Virus record (IMG/VR): IMGVR_UViG_3300021979_000004
Coordinates: 32,001-96,000 of that record
DNA from: a virus
Lineage: Duplodnaviria; Caudoviricetes
DNA length: 64,000 nucleotides
Direction: 5' to 3' (one strand)
Shown piece by piece: positions 34,897 through 43,565 of the stretch. Under the pieces are notes generated by a model. That model made no database searches. It was given only the letters and a program-made list of their open reading frames with translations, and was not told the origin of the DNA. Every line of letters starts with the position of its first letter. Within the stretch, counting starts at the first letter, position 1. A program made the position numbers and the translations under genes.

Positions 34897-35379
34897 TCAA
34901 TTAGGAAGAACCATATCAATATCTATTGAGTACATAGTGGGTCCAGTTCCTTTTAAAATCTCTTGGTATATTTTTGCGTTTTTTAATTTAGCATAATTAT
35001 GATTAGAAAAGTCAGCGATATTGAATTTCACAGTGCTATATATAATATAATCATCTACCCATTCGTTAGGTCGTACCAGTGTATGTTCCAAAGGCTTACC
35101 TTTAAGACCGTTATCATCGATCCATTTCTGAGACTCTTTAGTAATCTCTTTCATGAAGTTTTTAATAGCAGTATCTTCGTCTACACCTTTCTCGCCTTTG
35201 AGATAATTATGCAATGCAAGACTGATATCAAATAAATCATCCTCACCATTAGAAGGATCAACAGTCTCGTCACCAATGGTGATTTTTTTTATAGAAAAGT
35301 TTAAGGTGATAAGAATACTTTCTTTTTGTTCAACTACATATACAATATTACCATTGTCTAGCTTTACAACTTCAGGCAT
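34897..35379 (-). CDS. KLK-motif array protein 11
   Basis: FNIADFSNHNYAKLKNAKIY. Confidence 0.75.
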   Translation of the reverse strand: MPEVVKLDNGNIVYVVEQKESILITLNFSIKKITIGDETVDPSNGEDDLFDISLALHNYLKGEKGVDEDTAIKNFMKEITKESQKWIDDNGLKGKPLEHTLVRPNEWVDDYIIYSTVKFNIADFSNHNYAKLKNAKIYQEILKGTGPTMYSIDIDMVLPN

Positions 35380-35900
35380 TAGTACTTCCCCATTATATAC
35401 CTTATTATGGATTCATTAGATAAGTCTTCTGATAAAACAGTATGAAGTGTTTTATCTTTTATCTTCATTAGATGTGCTTGCTTTTTAGGAATTTTAATAC
35501 AAATACGGTCGTATATTAGAAAACCAACTTCGTAAGCAAATGTCTGATGTATCTTTACTACACCTTGTCTGACAACATTTGAAAATGACGCAGAATGTTT
35601 CTGTCTGAATACATATGGTGATAGAAAGTCAGACATAGCAGAATACTCTTCATCCATACCCGAAACGACTTTTCTCTTTACTGTCATTTTGTAATCGTAT
35701 CCTTTTAGGAAATCCCTGATCATATTGTTTATCTTTCTATCTCGGTCTAGGTCTTTTACGAAGCTTTCTTTTAAGGTATTAACATATTTTTCAACTTTTT
35801 CTTCATTTTCAAAGTTATGATAATCGACATTTATCATTTCGTGGTCTACCATTTTTAGTAGATACATATAGTAATCTTCATTTTTCGATTTTATAGACAT
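35379..35900 (-). CDS. KLK-motif array protein 10
   Basis: IKIPKKQAHLMKIKDKTL. Confidence 0.75.
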   Translation of the reverse strand: MSIKSKNEDYYMYLLKMVDHEMINVDYHNFENEEKVEKYVNTLKESFVKDLDRDRKINNMIRDFLKGYDYKMTVKRKVVSGMDEEYSAMSDFLSPYVFRQKHSASFSNVVRQGVVKIHQTFAYEVGFLIYDRICIKIPKKQAHLMKIKDKTLHTVLSEDLSNESIIRYIMGKY

Positions 35901-36190
35901 TATGATTTTATTTCCACTATGTTATCTAATTGTGACATGAACTTGATTTTAAACTTATTAACATTATAAGTATCAGGGAATTGTAAAATTACCGTGCATG
36001 ATATTCGATAATCATGGCATTCAGTTGCTGTTTTATCAAAAAGCATTGGGTGGACTGTACACAATCCATCAAATTCATCCCCAACCCTATCTGAAATCAT
36101 TTGACGAATTTTAAAATCACTAAGGTCGTCTGGGTCGGGGATATGGTAAGTTCCTTTATGTTCCATAAGGAACAATCGTTCATCACTCAA
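35900..36190 (-). CDS. KLK-motif array protein 9
   Basis: LQFPDTYNVNKFKIKF. Confidence 0.75.
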   Translation of the reverse strand: MSDERLFLMEHKGTYHIPDPDDLSDFKIRQMISDRVGDEFDGLCTVHPMLFDKTATECHDYRISCTVILQFPDTYNVNKFKIKFMSQLDNIVEIKS

Positions 36191-36482
36191 CTTCTCTCTC
36201 CCTTATTTCATCTTCAAGTAAATTATATAAGTCAGGCTCTTTCATTTTAAGTAAGTTGAGCTTATTCTTTTCGAAATACAAGGTGAACCAAATATCAAAA
36301 ATAGATTGCTTTCTATCTCTCATATCCATATACATTTTCTTTTCTATAATGCAGTATTTTGAGAACTGTTCATTGATGGTATCAGAAGCATTACTCATTT
36401 CTGTACCTAAATCTACCTGCTTTATTTTTGCAATGCGATAATAGTTTATCACTGTTACGCATGTATATTTTGTAATAGTCAT
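36183..36482 (-). CDS. KLK-motif array protein 8
   Basis: LYFEKNKLNLLKMKEPDLY. Confidence 0.8.
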   Translation of the reverse strand: MTITKYTCVTVINYYRIAKIKQVDLGTEMSNASDTINEQFSKYCIIEKKMYMDMRDRKQSIFDIWFTLYFEKNKLNLLKMKEPDLYNLLEDEIREREVE

Positions 36483-36895
36483 AACTTTAACTTGTTTAAT
36501 AAATGTAACCTTTCGGAAAATAATTCATTATATGTTTTGGGGTTTTTCAACTTATATAAGTTCATTTCACGGTCAGATTCAAACGTAAAACGAAACTCTA
36601 TATACATTGCTTTATTAGGGAAAGAATACGCGCTGGTTAATGATTCAAGATATTCACTATTATATCCCATAGAAACAACTTCAAAGCTATCTGTGTCAGT
36701 CAATGACTTAATTAATGACTGACACACCCAATCCATACCTATATCTTCAGGTTTCATATCGTGCACATCGACACCATATAATTCCATGATACGGGCAGCA
36801 ATTACTTTTTCAGGAACTAGTGTGCCAAGTATTTTCGAGTTTATGTTCTCAAACATTTCACTTTCATTCAAGACCGGCTTTTTTACGCAACGCAT
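36479..36895 (-). CDS. KLK-motif array protein 7
   Basis: FTFESDREMNLYKLKNPKTY. Confidence 0.8.
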   Translation of the reverse strand: MRCVKKPVLNESEMFENINSKILGTLVPEKVIAARIMELYGVDVHDMKPEDIGMDWVCQSLIKSLTDTDSFEVVSMGYNSEYLESLTSAYSFPNKAMYIEFRFTFESDREMNLYKLKNPKTYNELFSERLHLLNKLKL

Positions 36896-37460
36896 TTACT
36901 GTTCCTCTGTCGTCAATACTATCTTTTGATTCTTGTATTATAACTTTATTAAACCATTCTTTGATTTTTTCTTCATTCTCATTATATTCGCCATTGAACA
37001 AACCGATATTTGTTAGTTCTGGATGCTTGAGCTTAAATTGGTTTTTATGTTTTCCTTCCTTGAGTCTTAGCTTATACGTATGTACTACCATCACATAGAC
37101 TGTGGTGGACTCTGCATAAAACTCATCGTCGTCATCGTCATCCCACGAATGAGATTCGACTTCACTGTGAACCGCTATGTTACGATCAACATCAATGTAT
37201 GATCCATATCTTTCTTCAATGATATCTGCAACTTTTTTTGAATAGTGGTTTACAAAACCACCATAAGCTTTTTCACAACGTTCACAAAAATCATCAATAA
37301 AGAATGCACGACATTCCTTTGTTCCATAGTGTATACGAAATCGCCTAAAACGCTTCAGTATCAGTTGTTCATTTTCATCATAACCACTTTCTTCGTCACG
37401 TTGATTAAGATACTCTATATACGGCGTTGGAGTTAACAACTCTACATTGATTGAATCCAC
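36864..37460 (-). CDS. KLK-motif array protein 6
   Basis: LRLKEGKHKNQFKLKHPEL. Confidence 0.8.
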   Translation of the reverse strand: MDSINVELLTPTPYIEYLNQRDEESGYDENEQLILKRFRRFRIHYGTKECRAFFIDDFCERCEKAYGGFVNHYSKKVADIIEERYGSYIDVDRNIAVHSEVESHSWDDDDDDEFYAESTTVYVMVVHTYKLRLKEGKHKNQFKLKHPELTNIGLFNGEYNENEEKIKEWFNKVIIQESKDSIDDRGTVNALRKKAGLE

Positions 37461-37930
37461 TCTTTATACTCCCAATAAGCCATTCTTTTATCAATACATT
37501 CTTGGTGAACAAACGCAGTAACAACTTCGAATGATTCGTCATACAAGTCATCACGGTAATGTTTTCCGTGTTTCAATTTTATACGATTGAGGGATTCCTT
37601 GTCAACGGTATTGGCCGTTATGATAGTGTTATAAACATAGGAATCATATATTCTTGTGGCAATCATATGCTCATCACCGTCGTCATCAACCTCTTGTTTT
37701 TTATCAAAATACTCTAAGAAGTCAGGATCATTAAAGAAAAGCTTAGACATAGCATGATTATTAGCTTTCATATAATCAGCAAACTGTCCATAACTAAGAT
37801 TTACCGACGACTTATAATCATCGACGTAATCTATATCAATACGTTTCAATGTGGTTTCAGTATTATCCTCATTAACTTCTTCAATGTAGTAGAGAAAGCA
37901 CATGTAATGCTCGTCGTCTACTTTAATCAT
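37442..37930 (-). CDS. KLK-motif array protein 5
   Basis: DKESLNRIKLKHGKHY. Confidence 0.8.
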   Translation of the reverse strand: MIKVDDEHYMCFLYYIEEVNEDNTETTLKRIDIDYVDDYKSSVNLSYGQFADYMKANNHAMSKLFFNDPDFLEYFDKKQEVDDDGDEHMIATRIYDSYVYNTIITANTVDKESLNRIKLKHGKHYRDDLYDESFEVVTAFVHQECIDKRMAYWEYKEWIQSM

Positions 37931-38268
37931 AAGTATTCTCCTACTAAATCGTGAACCCCGTATCTTTCACTGTTGTACGGAATTTCATATGGTTTTTCAT
38001 TAGGCGCTGATCTAAACTTTTGATATAGGTCAGGATATTTTAATTTGATTTTTCTAAACAATACTTCATTAAAAATTTCAACATCCATACTAACGTAACA
38101 TAGAGGATACGCTTTTGTTCCTCGAACTTCAATATCTGTAATTAAAATAAAAGAACAGTTTAATAGTTCTTCTAAAAACCCATGGTACTCAATCAATAGT
38201 TGTGACTTAAGCCACTCTGGGTTTTTGTAACCCAACAATATAATTCTATGCTTTGTTTCAAATATCAT
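37927..38268 (-). CDS. KLK-motif array protein 4
   Basis: VEIFNEVLFRKIKLKYPDLY. Confidence 0.8.
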   Translation of the reverse strand: MIFETKHRIILLGYKNPEWLKSQLLIEYHGFLEELLNCSFILITDIEVRGTKAYPLCYVSMDVEIFNEVLFRKIKLKYPDLYQKFRSAPNEKPYEIPYNSERYGVHDLVGEYL

Positions 38269-38677
38269 CAGTATCTTCGACTCTATAATCCTTGTAATAA
38301 TTTGGGTCTTTCAGTTTTATCAAGTTAATATTTTTACTACCCTTTGCTACAACCGCTTTTATAAAATATGTTACTGTGATGGTGTTGGGAGAGTCAAGCC
38401 TTCTCATGCCAGTATGACCCCAATTAGCTTCTACGTTTATAAAATCCATTTGTGATTCTCTAGAATACGAAACCGGATCGCAAATAATTTCTATTGGTTT
38501 TAGTTCATATCTAGCCCACAATTCTATAGCAGCTTGCTTTTTAACTTTTTTAATAATAGACTCTGCCATTAGGCATTCTTTTTCACTACTATTAAGCAAC
38601 AGTTCTACATCACTACCAGTGAACATGTCAGGAGTAATGCAAAAAACTATTGTATGTGGTCTGTATAATATTTTCAT
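38258..38677 (-). CDS. KLK-motif array protein 3
   Basis: KGSKNINLIKLKDPNYY. Confidence 0.8.
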   Translation of the reverse strand: MKILYRPHTIVFCITPDMFTGSDVELLLNSSEKECLMAESIIKKVKKQAAIELWARYELKPIEIICDPVSYSRESQMDFINVEANWGHTGMRRLDSPNTITVTYFIKAVVAKGSKNINLIKLKDPNYYKDYRVEDTDDI

Positions 38678-39108
38678 GTTTTATGTGAGCAATCTATCCC
38701 ATAGAAATACGAACCGTCACTGGTTGAAAAGTTTGCATATTTATGATTAATTAGCTTAGTCATAAAGTTATTTTGAATCTTTAATCTGTTAAAAGATTTG
38801 TTAGAAATCCACACTTTATAACACAACGTAAATGTACAGCATATCCCATCTGCTATAAAAAAGTATTCTGATCTAAAGTTTTCGGATAATTCAAAATCAT
38901 CGAAATCATCTACGAGCCAATCAGGTAAGCCACTATTATCAAAAACATAATTACGATTTTTGAATTCCCATTCTCTAATTATCTGGCTCATGTTTTTTAT
39001 AATTGAAACTTTCTTGAATTCCATAGGTATGAGAACATTCATTACTCGGAATTTTAGATACAAAAAGTTTTCATTGCTTGAAACTAAAGAAGGTTTGGTA
39101 GTAGTCAT
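38674..39108 (-). CDS. KLK-motif array protein 2
   Basis: VWISNKSFNRLKIQN. Confidence 0.75.
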   Translation of the reverse strand: MTTTKPSLVSSNENFLYLKFRVMNVLIPMEFKKVSIIKNMSQIIREWEFKNRNYVFDNSGLPDWLVDDFDDFELSENFRSEYFFIADGICCTFTLCYKVWISNKSFNRLKIQNNFMTKLINHKYANFSTSDGSYFYGIDCSHKT

Positions 39109-39475
39109 AATCCTTGATCTTTAACAAACGTAATTCGTTTTCACTTAGAGAAAGCTTGATTATTCCAGTTACATTAAAGTATAGCATAGCCCTTTGATTC
39201 TGTCCGGTGTTTACTTCACTTGACGCTATACTAAAGCTATTTGTCGTCAACGGGCTTACACATTCTAGAATTGCGCCATACTCTATATCATTCTGATATG
39301 CATGACCGTGTTCAATTAAAAACTTTAAATCAACACGATGTTTATATGCTTCCTCATAGTAATGGTTTGGATCGCCACACTTAGCTTTGTAATGTTGTTC
39401 TTGTATCTCATTACGTATAAAATTCGTGCTAGCTTTATACATAAATGTTCGATAAAGATTTATTGTTTTATCCAT
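39071..39475 (-). CDS. KLK-motif array protein 1
   Basis: LSLSENELRLLKIKDYDYY; probable ATG start (MDKTINL), since the track's TTG start is the promoter -35 box. Confidence 0.75.
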   Translation of the reverse strand: MDKTINLYRTFMYKASTNFIRNEIQEQHYKAKCGDPNHYYEEAYKHRVDLKFLIEHGHAYQNDIEYGAILECVSPLTTNSFSIASSEVNTGQNQRAMLYFNVTGIIKLSLSENELRLLKIKDYDYYQTFFSFKQ

Positions 39476-39512
39476 ATTTTTATAATGTGAGTAATGGAAT
39501 TCCCAACCTAAG

Positions 39513-39541
39513 AATATACTCCTAGAGCCTTGTACTGTCAA
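39513..39541 (-). promoter_or_regulatory. sigma70-type early promoter for the 17-gene array
   Basis: Minus strand TTGACA-17-TATATT. Confidence 0.8.
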
Positions 39542-39545
39542 GGTC

Positions 39546-39553
39546 TATAAATA
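39546..39553 (+). promoter_or_regulatory. T4-type late promoter
   Basis: TATAAATA ending 25 nt before the terminase-C ATG; AGGAG RBS at 39569-39573. Confidence 0.75.
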
Positions 39554-39578
39554 ATGTTATAGATTTATAGGAGTGATC

Positions 39579-39908
39579 ATGAAATCTAATGAGAAGTATG
39601 AAATCTTAACGCCCACAGGATGGAAAGATTTTACAGGCGTTGAATATACTGGAATGAAACAAACATTGAAGATTACCTTAGATTCGGGTAAAGATATTGT
39701 ATGCACCCCAGAGCATAAACTGAAAGTTAATGACAAATATCTTACCGCAGAAAAGATTAAAGTTGGAGACACGATATCATCTGTGTCTTCGGATGTCCAT
39801 AAAGTAACTTCAATAACTGAACATGGAACATCTGCCTGCTATGATTTGGTAAATGTAGAAAATGATGATCACTCTTTTGTAATTCAAAATGATTTAATAT
39901 CTAGTAAC
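39579..39908 (+). mobile_element. C-fragment (110 aa) of an atypically split intein
   Basis: Starts at Met without block A; has block B (IVCTPEHKL), block F (CYDLVNV) and block G ..SSN|C. Confidence 0.82.
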
Positions 39909-41663
39909 TGCGATGAGCTTGCATTCGTTAACAAACGTATTGCTCTCGAATTCTGGACCTCTGTATTCCCCACTCTTTCCTGTGTAACTTACGATACTAT
40001 TATCCTGACTAAAGATGGTTTCATGAGAATTGGAGACGTTTTCAAAGATGTTGATTATAAACCGGGAGACTATTTCACCTTAGATAATTTCGAAGTATGG
40101 GGTAAGTATGGATTTGAAAAAGTATCACATGGTTATATCTCACCAAGTTCCGAAACTGTCATTGTTAGTCTGAAGAATGGACAGTCAGTTGAAGTAACAA
40201 AAGACCATCCATTGTTTGCTAACCGTAATGGTGGTGAAATGGTTCGTGCTGAAGATTTAAAAGTTGGTGATAAACTACGCGTAGATAAAGGCATGATGGT
40301 CGATTTCGGTGGGTTTACAGATTTCAAATGTTTAATTGAAACGGCACACGAAAATCCTGAAATAATACTTAATATGAGCTTCGAATGTTTCAAAAACCTT
40401 ATAGATTTCTTAGACTATAAAATTTATTGCGACAATCAACAAATGATGAATTGCTTTACGCAGGTTCTTAATAACTATGGGTATAATTATGAGTGTAAAG
40501 TTACTACGTTACACGTAAAAGAATGTGTTAGACAATATCGAACTGAATGGGTTGATATCGAATATATTTCCCAAGGCTGTACTAAAGTAACTTATGACTT
40601 TACGGTTCCTGCAACAAAAAGCTTTTTACAAAATGGTATTCTGGGTAGTAACACTGGCGGTTCATGTATTATCACTTCCACACCTACGGACGATGAAACT
40701 CTATTCGCTGACATATGGAAGAAAGCCAATGAAACTATGGATGAGTTCGGTAACACCACTGAGGTAGGTAGTAATGGTTTCAAAGCACTAAAAGTAAAGT
40801 GGGATGAACACCCTGATCGCGGTGAAGAATTCAAAGATTTAATGATTAAGCAGTTTGGTGAAGAGAAATTCAGACGTGAACATGAACTTGATTTCGTTGC
40901 AGAAGATGAAACCCTAATATCACCATTGTACTTGAGTGAAATGAAACACCAAGAACCTATAAAGAAAACAGGTCAGGTAAGATGGTATAAAAAGCTTGAT
41001 CGCAATAAAGTTTATTTTATAGGCTATGATCCAAGTCTAGGTACTGGTGGCGATAACTCTGCTATTCAAATATTTGAATTTCCAAGTATGGAACAAGTAG
41101 GTGAGTGGATGCATAATAAATCTGACGTTCCTACACAATTAAAAGTGTTGAAAAATATACTTAAAATGTTCGAGGATGCCGGTTTCGAAGAAGACAATGT
41201 ACGTTGGACTCTCGAAAATAATTCCATTGGTGAAGCACCATTGGTTCTTATTGAAGAATATGGTGAAGACGAATTCTTTGGATACTTCATGAGCGAACCA
41301 TACAATCCACGTCAACCTAGAGCGCGTTCTAGATTCAGAAAAGGGTTCAATACCAGCAACAGTAGTAAGCTTACTGCGTGTACTCGTTTCAAGCGTTGGG
41401 TTGAGAATGATAAGATGTTAATACATAGTAAGCCTATGATTAAAGAACTAAAAGGTTTCGTATCTCGTGGTAGAACATATAAAGCACGTGCTGGTGATAA
41501 CGATGACTTGGTTATGGCTACACTTCTATGTGTGAGGATGGCTATGATTACTATGCAGGAAGAAGATGAGTATATGGATGCGCTTGGTGTAGGCAATGAG
41601 ATAGATGACACTGAAAGTGATGACGATAGTGATTGGGATCAGCCATTGCCGGTTGTATTTTAA
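39579..41663 (+). CDS. terL: terminase large subunit, C-terminal part (Walker B to nuclease domain), with split-intein C-fragment and a cis intein
   Basis: CDELAFV Walker B, IITSTP motif III, IGYDPSLG / LENNSIG / NDDLVMA RNase H-like nuclease motifs; no Walker A in the ORF. Confidence 0.9.
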   Translation: MKSNEKYEILTPTGWKDFTGVEYTGMKQTLKITLDSGKDIVCTPEHKLKVNDKYLTAEKIKVGDTISSVSSDVHKVTSITEHGTSACYDLVNVENDDHSFVIQNDLISSNCDELAFVNKRIALEFWTSVFPTLSCVTYDTIILTKDGFMRIGDVFKDVDYKPGDYFTLDNFEVWGKYGFEKVSHGYISPSSETVIVSLKNGQSVEVTKDHPLFANRNGGEMVRAEDLKVGDKLRVDKGMMVDFGGFTDFKCLIETAHENPEIILNMSFECFKNLIDFLDYKIYCDNQQMMNCFTQVLNNYGYNYECKVTTLHVKECVRQYRTEWVDIEYISQGCTKVTYDFTVPATKSFLQNGILGSNTGGSCIITSTPTDDETLFADIWKKANETMDEFGNTTEVGSNGFKALKVKWDEHPDRGEEFKDLMIKQFGEEKFRREHELDFVAEDETLISPLYLSEMKHQEPIKKTGQVRWYKKLDRNKVYFIGYDPSLGTGGDNSAIQIFEFPSMEQVGEWMHNKSDVPTQLKVLKNILKMFEDAGFEEDNVRWTLENNSIGEAPLVLIEEYGEDEFFGYFMSEPYNPRQPRARSRFRKGFNTSNSSKLTACTRFKRWVENDKMLIHSKPMIKELKGFVSRGRTYKARAGDNDDLVMATLLCVRMAMITMQEEDEYMDALGVGNEIDDTESDDDSDWDQPLPVVF
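39981..40652 (+). mobile_element. cis intein (224 aa) with degenerate endonuclease region
   Basis: CVTYDTIILTKDG block A, VTKDHPLF block B, TYDFTV..NGILGSN|T. Confidence 0.9.
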
Positions 41664-41734
41664 AAGTATTAATATAACTTAGACTCATTAATAATAAATA
41701 TTAAATATTAATACAAAATATAGGAATACTTATA

Positions 41735-42379
41735 ATGGCTGTAAAAATTTTCAATGTTAGTTTAAAAGATGTTAAGCTTTCCAAAGGAAACCCACCTTTT
41801 TTATACAACATCCAAGAGTACAATGGTAGTCCATTAAACTACCAGTTTGAAGAGGTTGATTCTTCATTTAACGACCCTATAAATACCACAACTTATGCGG
41901 AAATGAGTAGCTTGGCAAACCAAAACTATACCTATCGTCTTTCTAATACAGGCGATGAAAGTGGTGGGTTTTATGATATAAGCAATGCTTCTGAAATTGA
42001 TCTATCATATGACTGGAAAAGGTTTGACTATGCATCAAACTATCAAACAACACTTATTCTCGGAAACGTTTTTAGTATGGATTGGCTTCGTGCTGGATCA
42101 TACGGGACAGAGCCGGGGAATCTGGATATTTACACATTGGCAGGAACTGACGCAAACTATCCAATATTAAGTAACGTAACTCTATACACTTGGAGTACTT
42201 ACAGATTTGTTATCAACTCAGAAGGCTTAAAGTTCTATATAAATGATACACTGTATCGTGATCTACCTTCCTACACGTTAGATGAGGTGCGCAATAGAGG
42301 GATTAACGTAACGTCATTAACTGTTTATACAAGCTCTAATAAAGTTAATATTAGAAACTTGAGTCTAGTTATAAAATAA
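41735..42379 (+). CDS. late beta-rich (lectin/glucanase-like) protein
   Basis: TAAATA upstream; W.TYRFVI...LKFYIND pattern. Confidence 0.7.
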   Translation: MAVKIFNVSLKDVKLSKGNPPFLYNIQEYNGSPLNYQFEEVDSSFNDPINTTTYAEMSSLANQNYTYRLSNTGDESGGFYDISNASEIDLSYDWKRFDYASNYQTTLILGNVFSMDWLRAGSYGTEPGNLDIYTLAGTDANYPILSNVTLYTWSTYRFVINSEGLKFYINDTLYRDLPSYTLDEVRNRGINVTSLTVYTSSNKVNIRNLSLVIK

Positions 42380-42437
42380 AATTTGATTTATATTCGTCGG
42401 ATGTGTTAAAATAGTATTATCAAAAGAGGGTGATACT

Positions 42438-42824
42438 ATGACAGTTTACACAGAAACCACACGACGTAAAGAAATCATTTATAAAACCACCTTTCGCAAT
42501 GGTGGTTTTATTATGTATTGGAAGTTGTATTTCCAATTTATTCCTACCTACAATCAGGCAGTAAAGTCATTCCCGTTTCTCAAAAAGACTTGGGCATGGA
42601 TTACATTCTTCTTTAAAACATTTTGGTGGCTTTTGATCAAACCTTTTGGTGTGATTTACAAACGTAAACGTATTATGAAAGGTGATATTTTGATTAAAAA
42701 TGGTCAGGTTGTTGCCAAAAATACTAAGGTCAAGAAAACCAATATCCATTATCTTTTTTGGATTCCTGTATTTGCTAATCCTTGGTATCTTACTGAAGAA
42801 GATTGGAACGATATTTTAAAGTGA
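42438..42824 (+). CDS. aromatic/basic hypothetical protein, possibly membrane-associated
   Basis: GAGGG RBS; TTGATT-N-TAAAAT promoter-like site upstream. Confidence 0.75.
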   Translation: MTVYTETTRRKEIIYKTTFRNGGFIMYWKLYFQFIPTYNQAVKSFPFLKKTWAWITFFFKTFWWLLIKPFGVIYKRKRIMKGDILIKNGQVVAKNTKVKKTNIHYLFWIPVFANPWYLTEEDWNDILK

Positions 42825-42839
42825 GGGATATACCCTCAC
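42821..42839. terminator. hairpin between convergent genes
   Basis: GTGAGGG/CCCTCAC. Confidence 0.55.
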
Positions 42840-42849
42840 TTATACATCC

Positions 42850-43482
42850 TTATAGTTTTTGTTCCTTTACTTTCTTATATTTATCATCCTCAAAACTTCC
42901 TTCATATGTTAATTTAATGGGCTTGCGGTAGTAGTAATAGTTTGGATGTTTCAACTTATGCAGTCGTTCTAATCTATCTGCTTCTACTTCCATTGAAATA
43001 AAATGTGCGTCAACTGCACTATTCAAGAAATCAAAATCATCTATGAAAATCTTAACATCAAATGCATAGTTCATTGCCAAATAAAGTTCGCCATCTTTCA
43101 TATATTTTACAGAGCTTCCACCACCCGAGCCAAGATTCACACCAGCAACTGAGTGTGCGCCTCGGTTTCCAAACATACCACTACATGACGATATACGATG
43201 GTTATTGATAATAGTGAACTCTATTCTTCCCTGAAGACCCTTGTAATATAATGGCTTTGAATTATCTCTCATGAAGTTCTCAACACCATCGATAGGGCAG
43301 GAATGGGAGTTGCTAACTTCTTTCTTATATTCGACACTGTACTGTAAGCTGATAATATCTGCGTCAAAGTTTTCTTTTATAGCCTCTGGGAGATACTTGA
43401 AAATATCACCCACTTCTTTTGCATCCTCACACAACTTTATTAGAACAAACCTATCAGGCTTCTTACTTACTTTTGGAAACAT
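42850..43482 (-). CDS. hypothetical protein (RLHKLKHPNYY motif variant)
   Basis: ATG 43482 with AGGAGG RBS. Confidence 0.8.
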   Translation of the reverse strand: MFPKVSKKPDRFVLIKLCEDAKEVGDIFKYLPEAIKENFDADIISLQYSVEYKKEVSNSHSCPIDGVENFMRDNSKPLYYKGLQGRIEFTIINNHRISSCSGMFGNRGAHSVAGVNLGSGGGSSVKYMKDGELYLAMNYAFDVKIFIDDFDFLNSAVDAHFISMEVEADRLERLHKLKHPNYYYYRKPIKLTYEGSFEDDKYKKVKEQKL

Positions 43483-43565
43483 GAAATACCTCCTGAAATA
43501 AGAAAGTATAACATCGGCGTTGGTACGAATCAATAAATACTGTAAACAATAATGGAGTTGAAAGT

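Noticed and set aside
32647-39541. Diversity-generating retroelement or DNA-level tandem repeat explanation for the array
   Set aside because: No reverse transcriptase or TR/VR pair is in the window and no nucleotide-level repeats are visible; the similarity is confined to a short protein motif.
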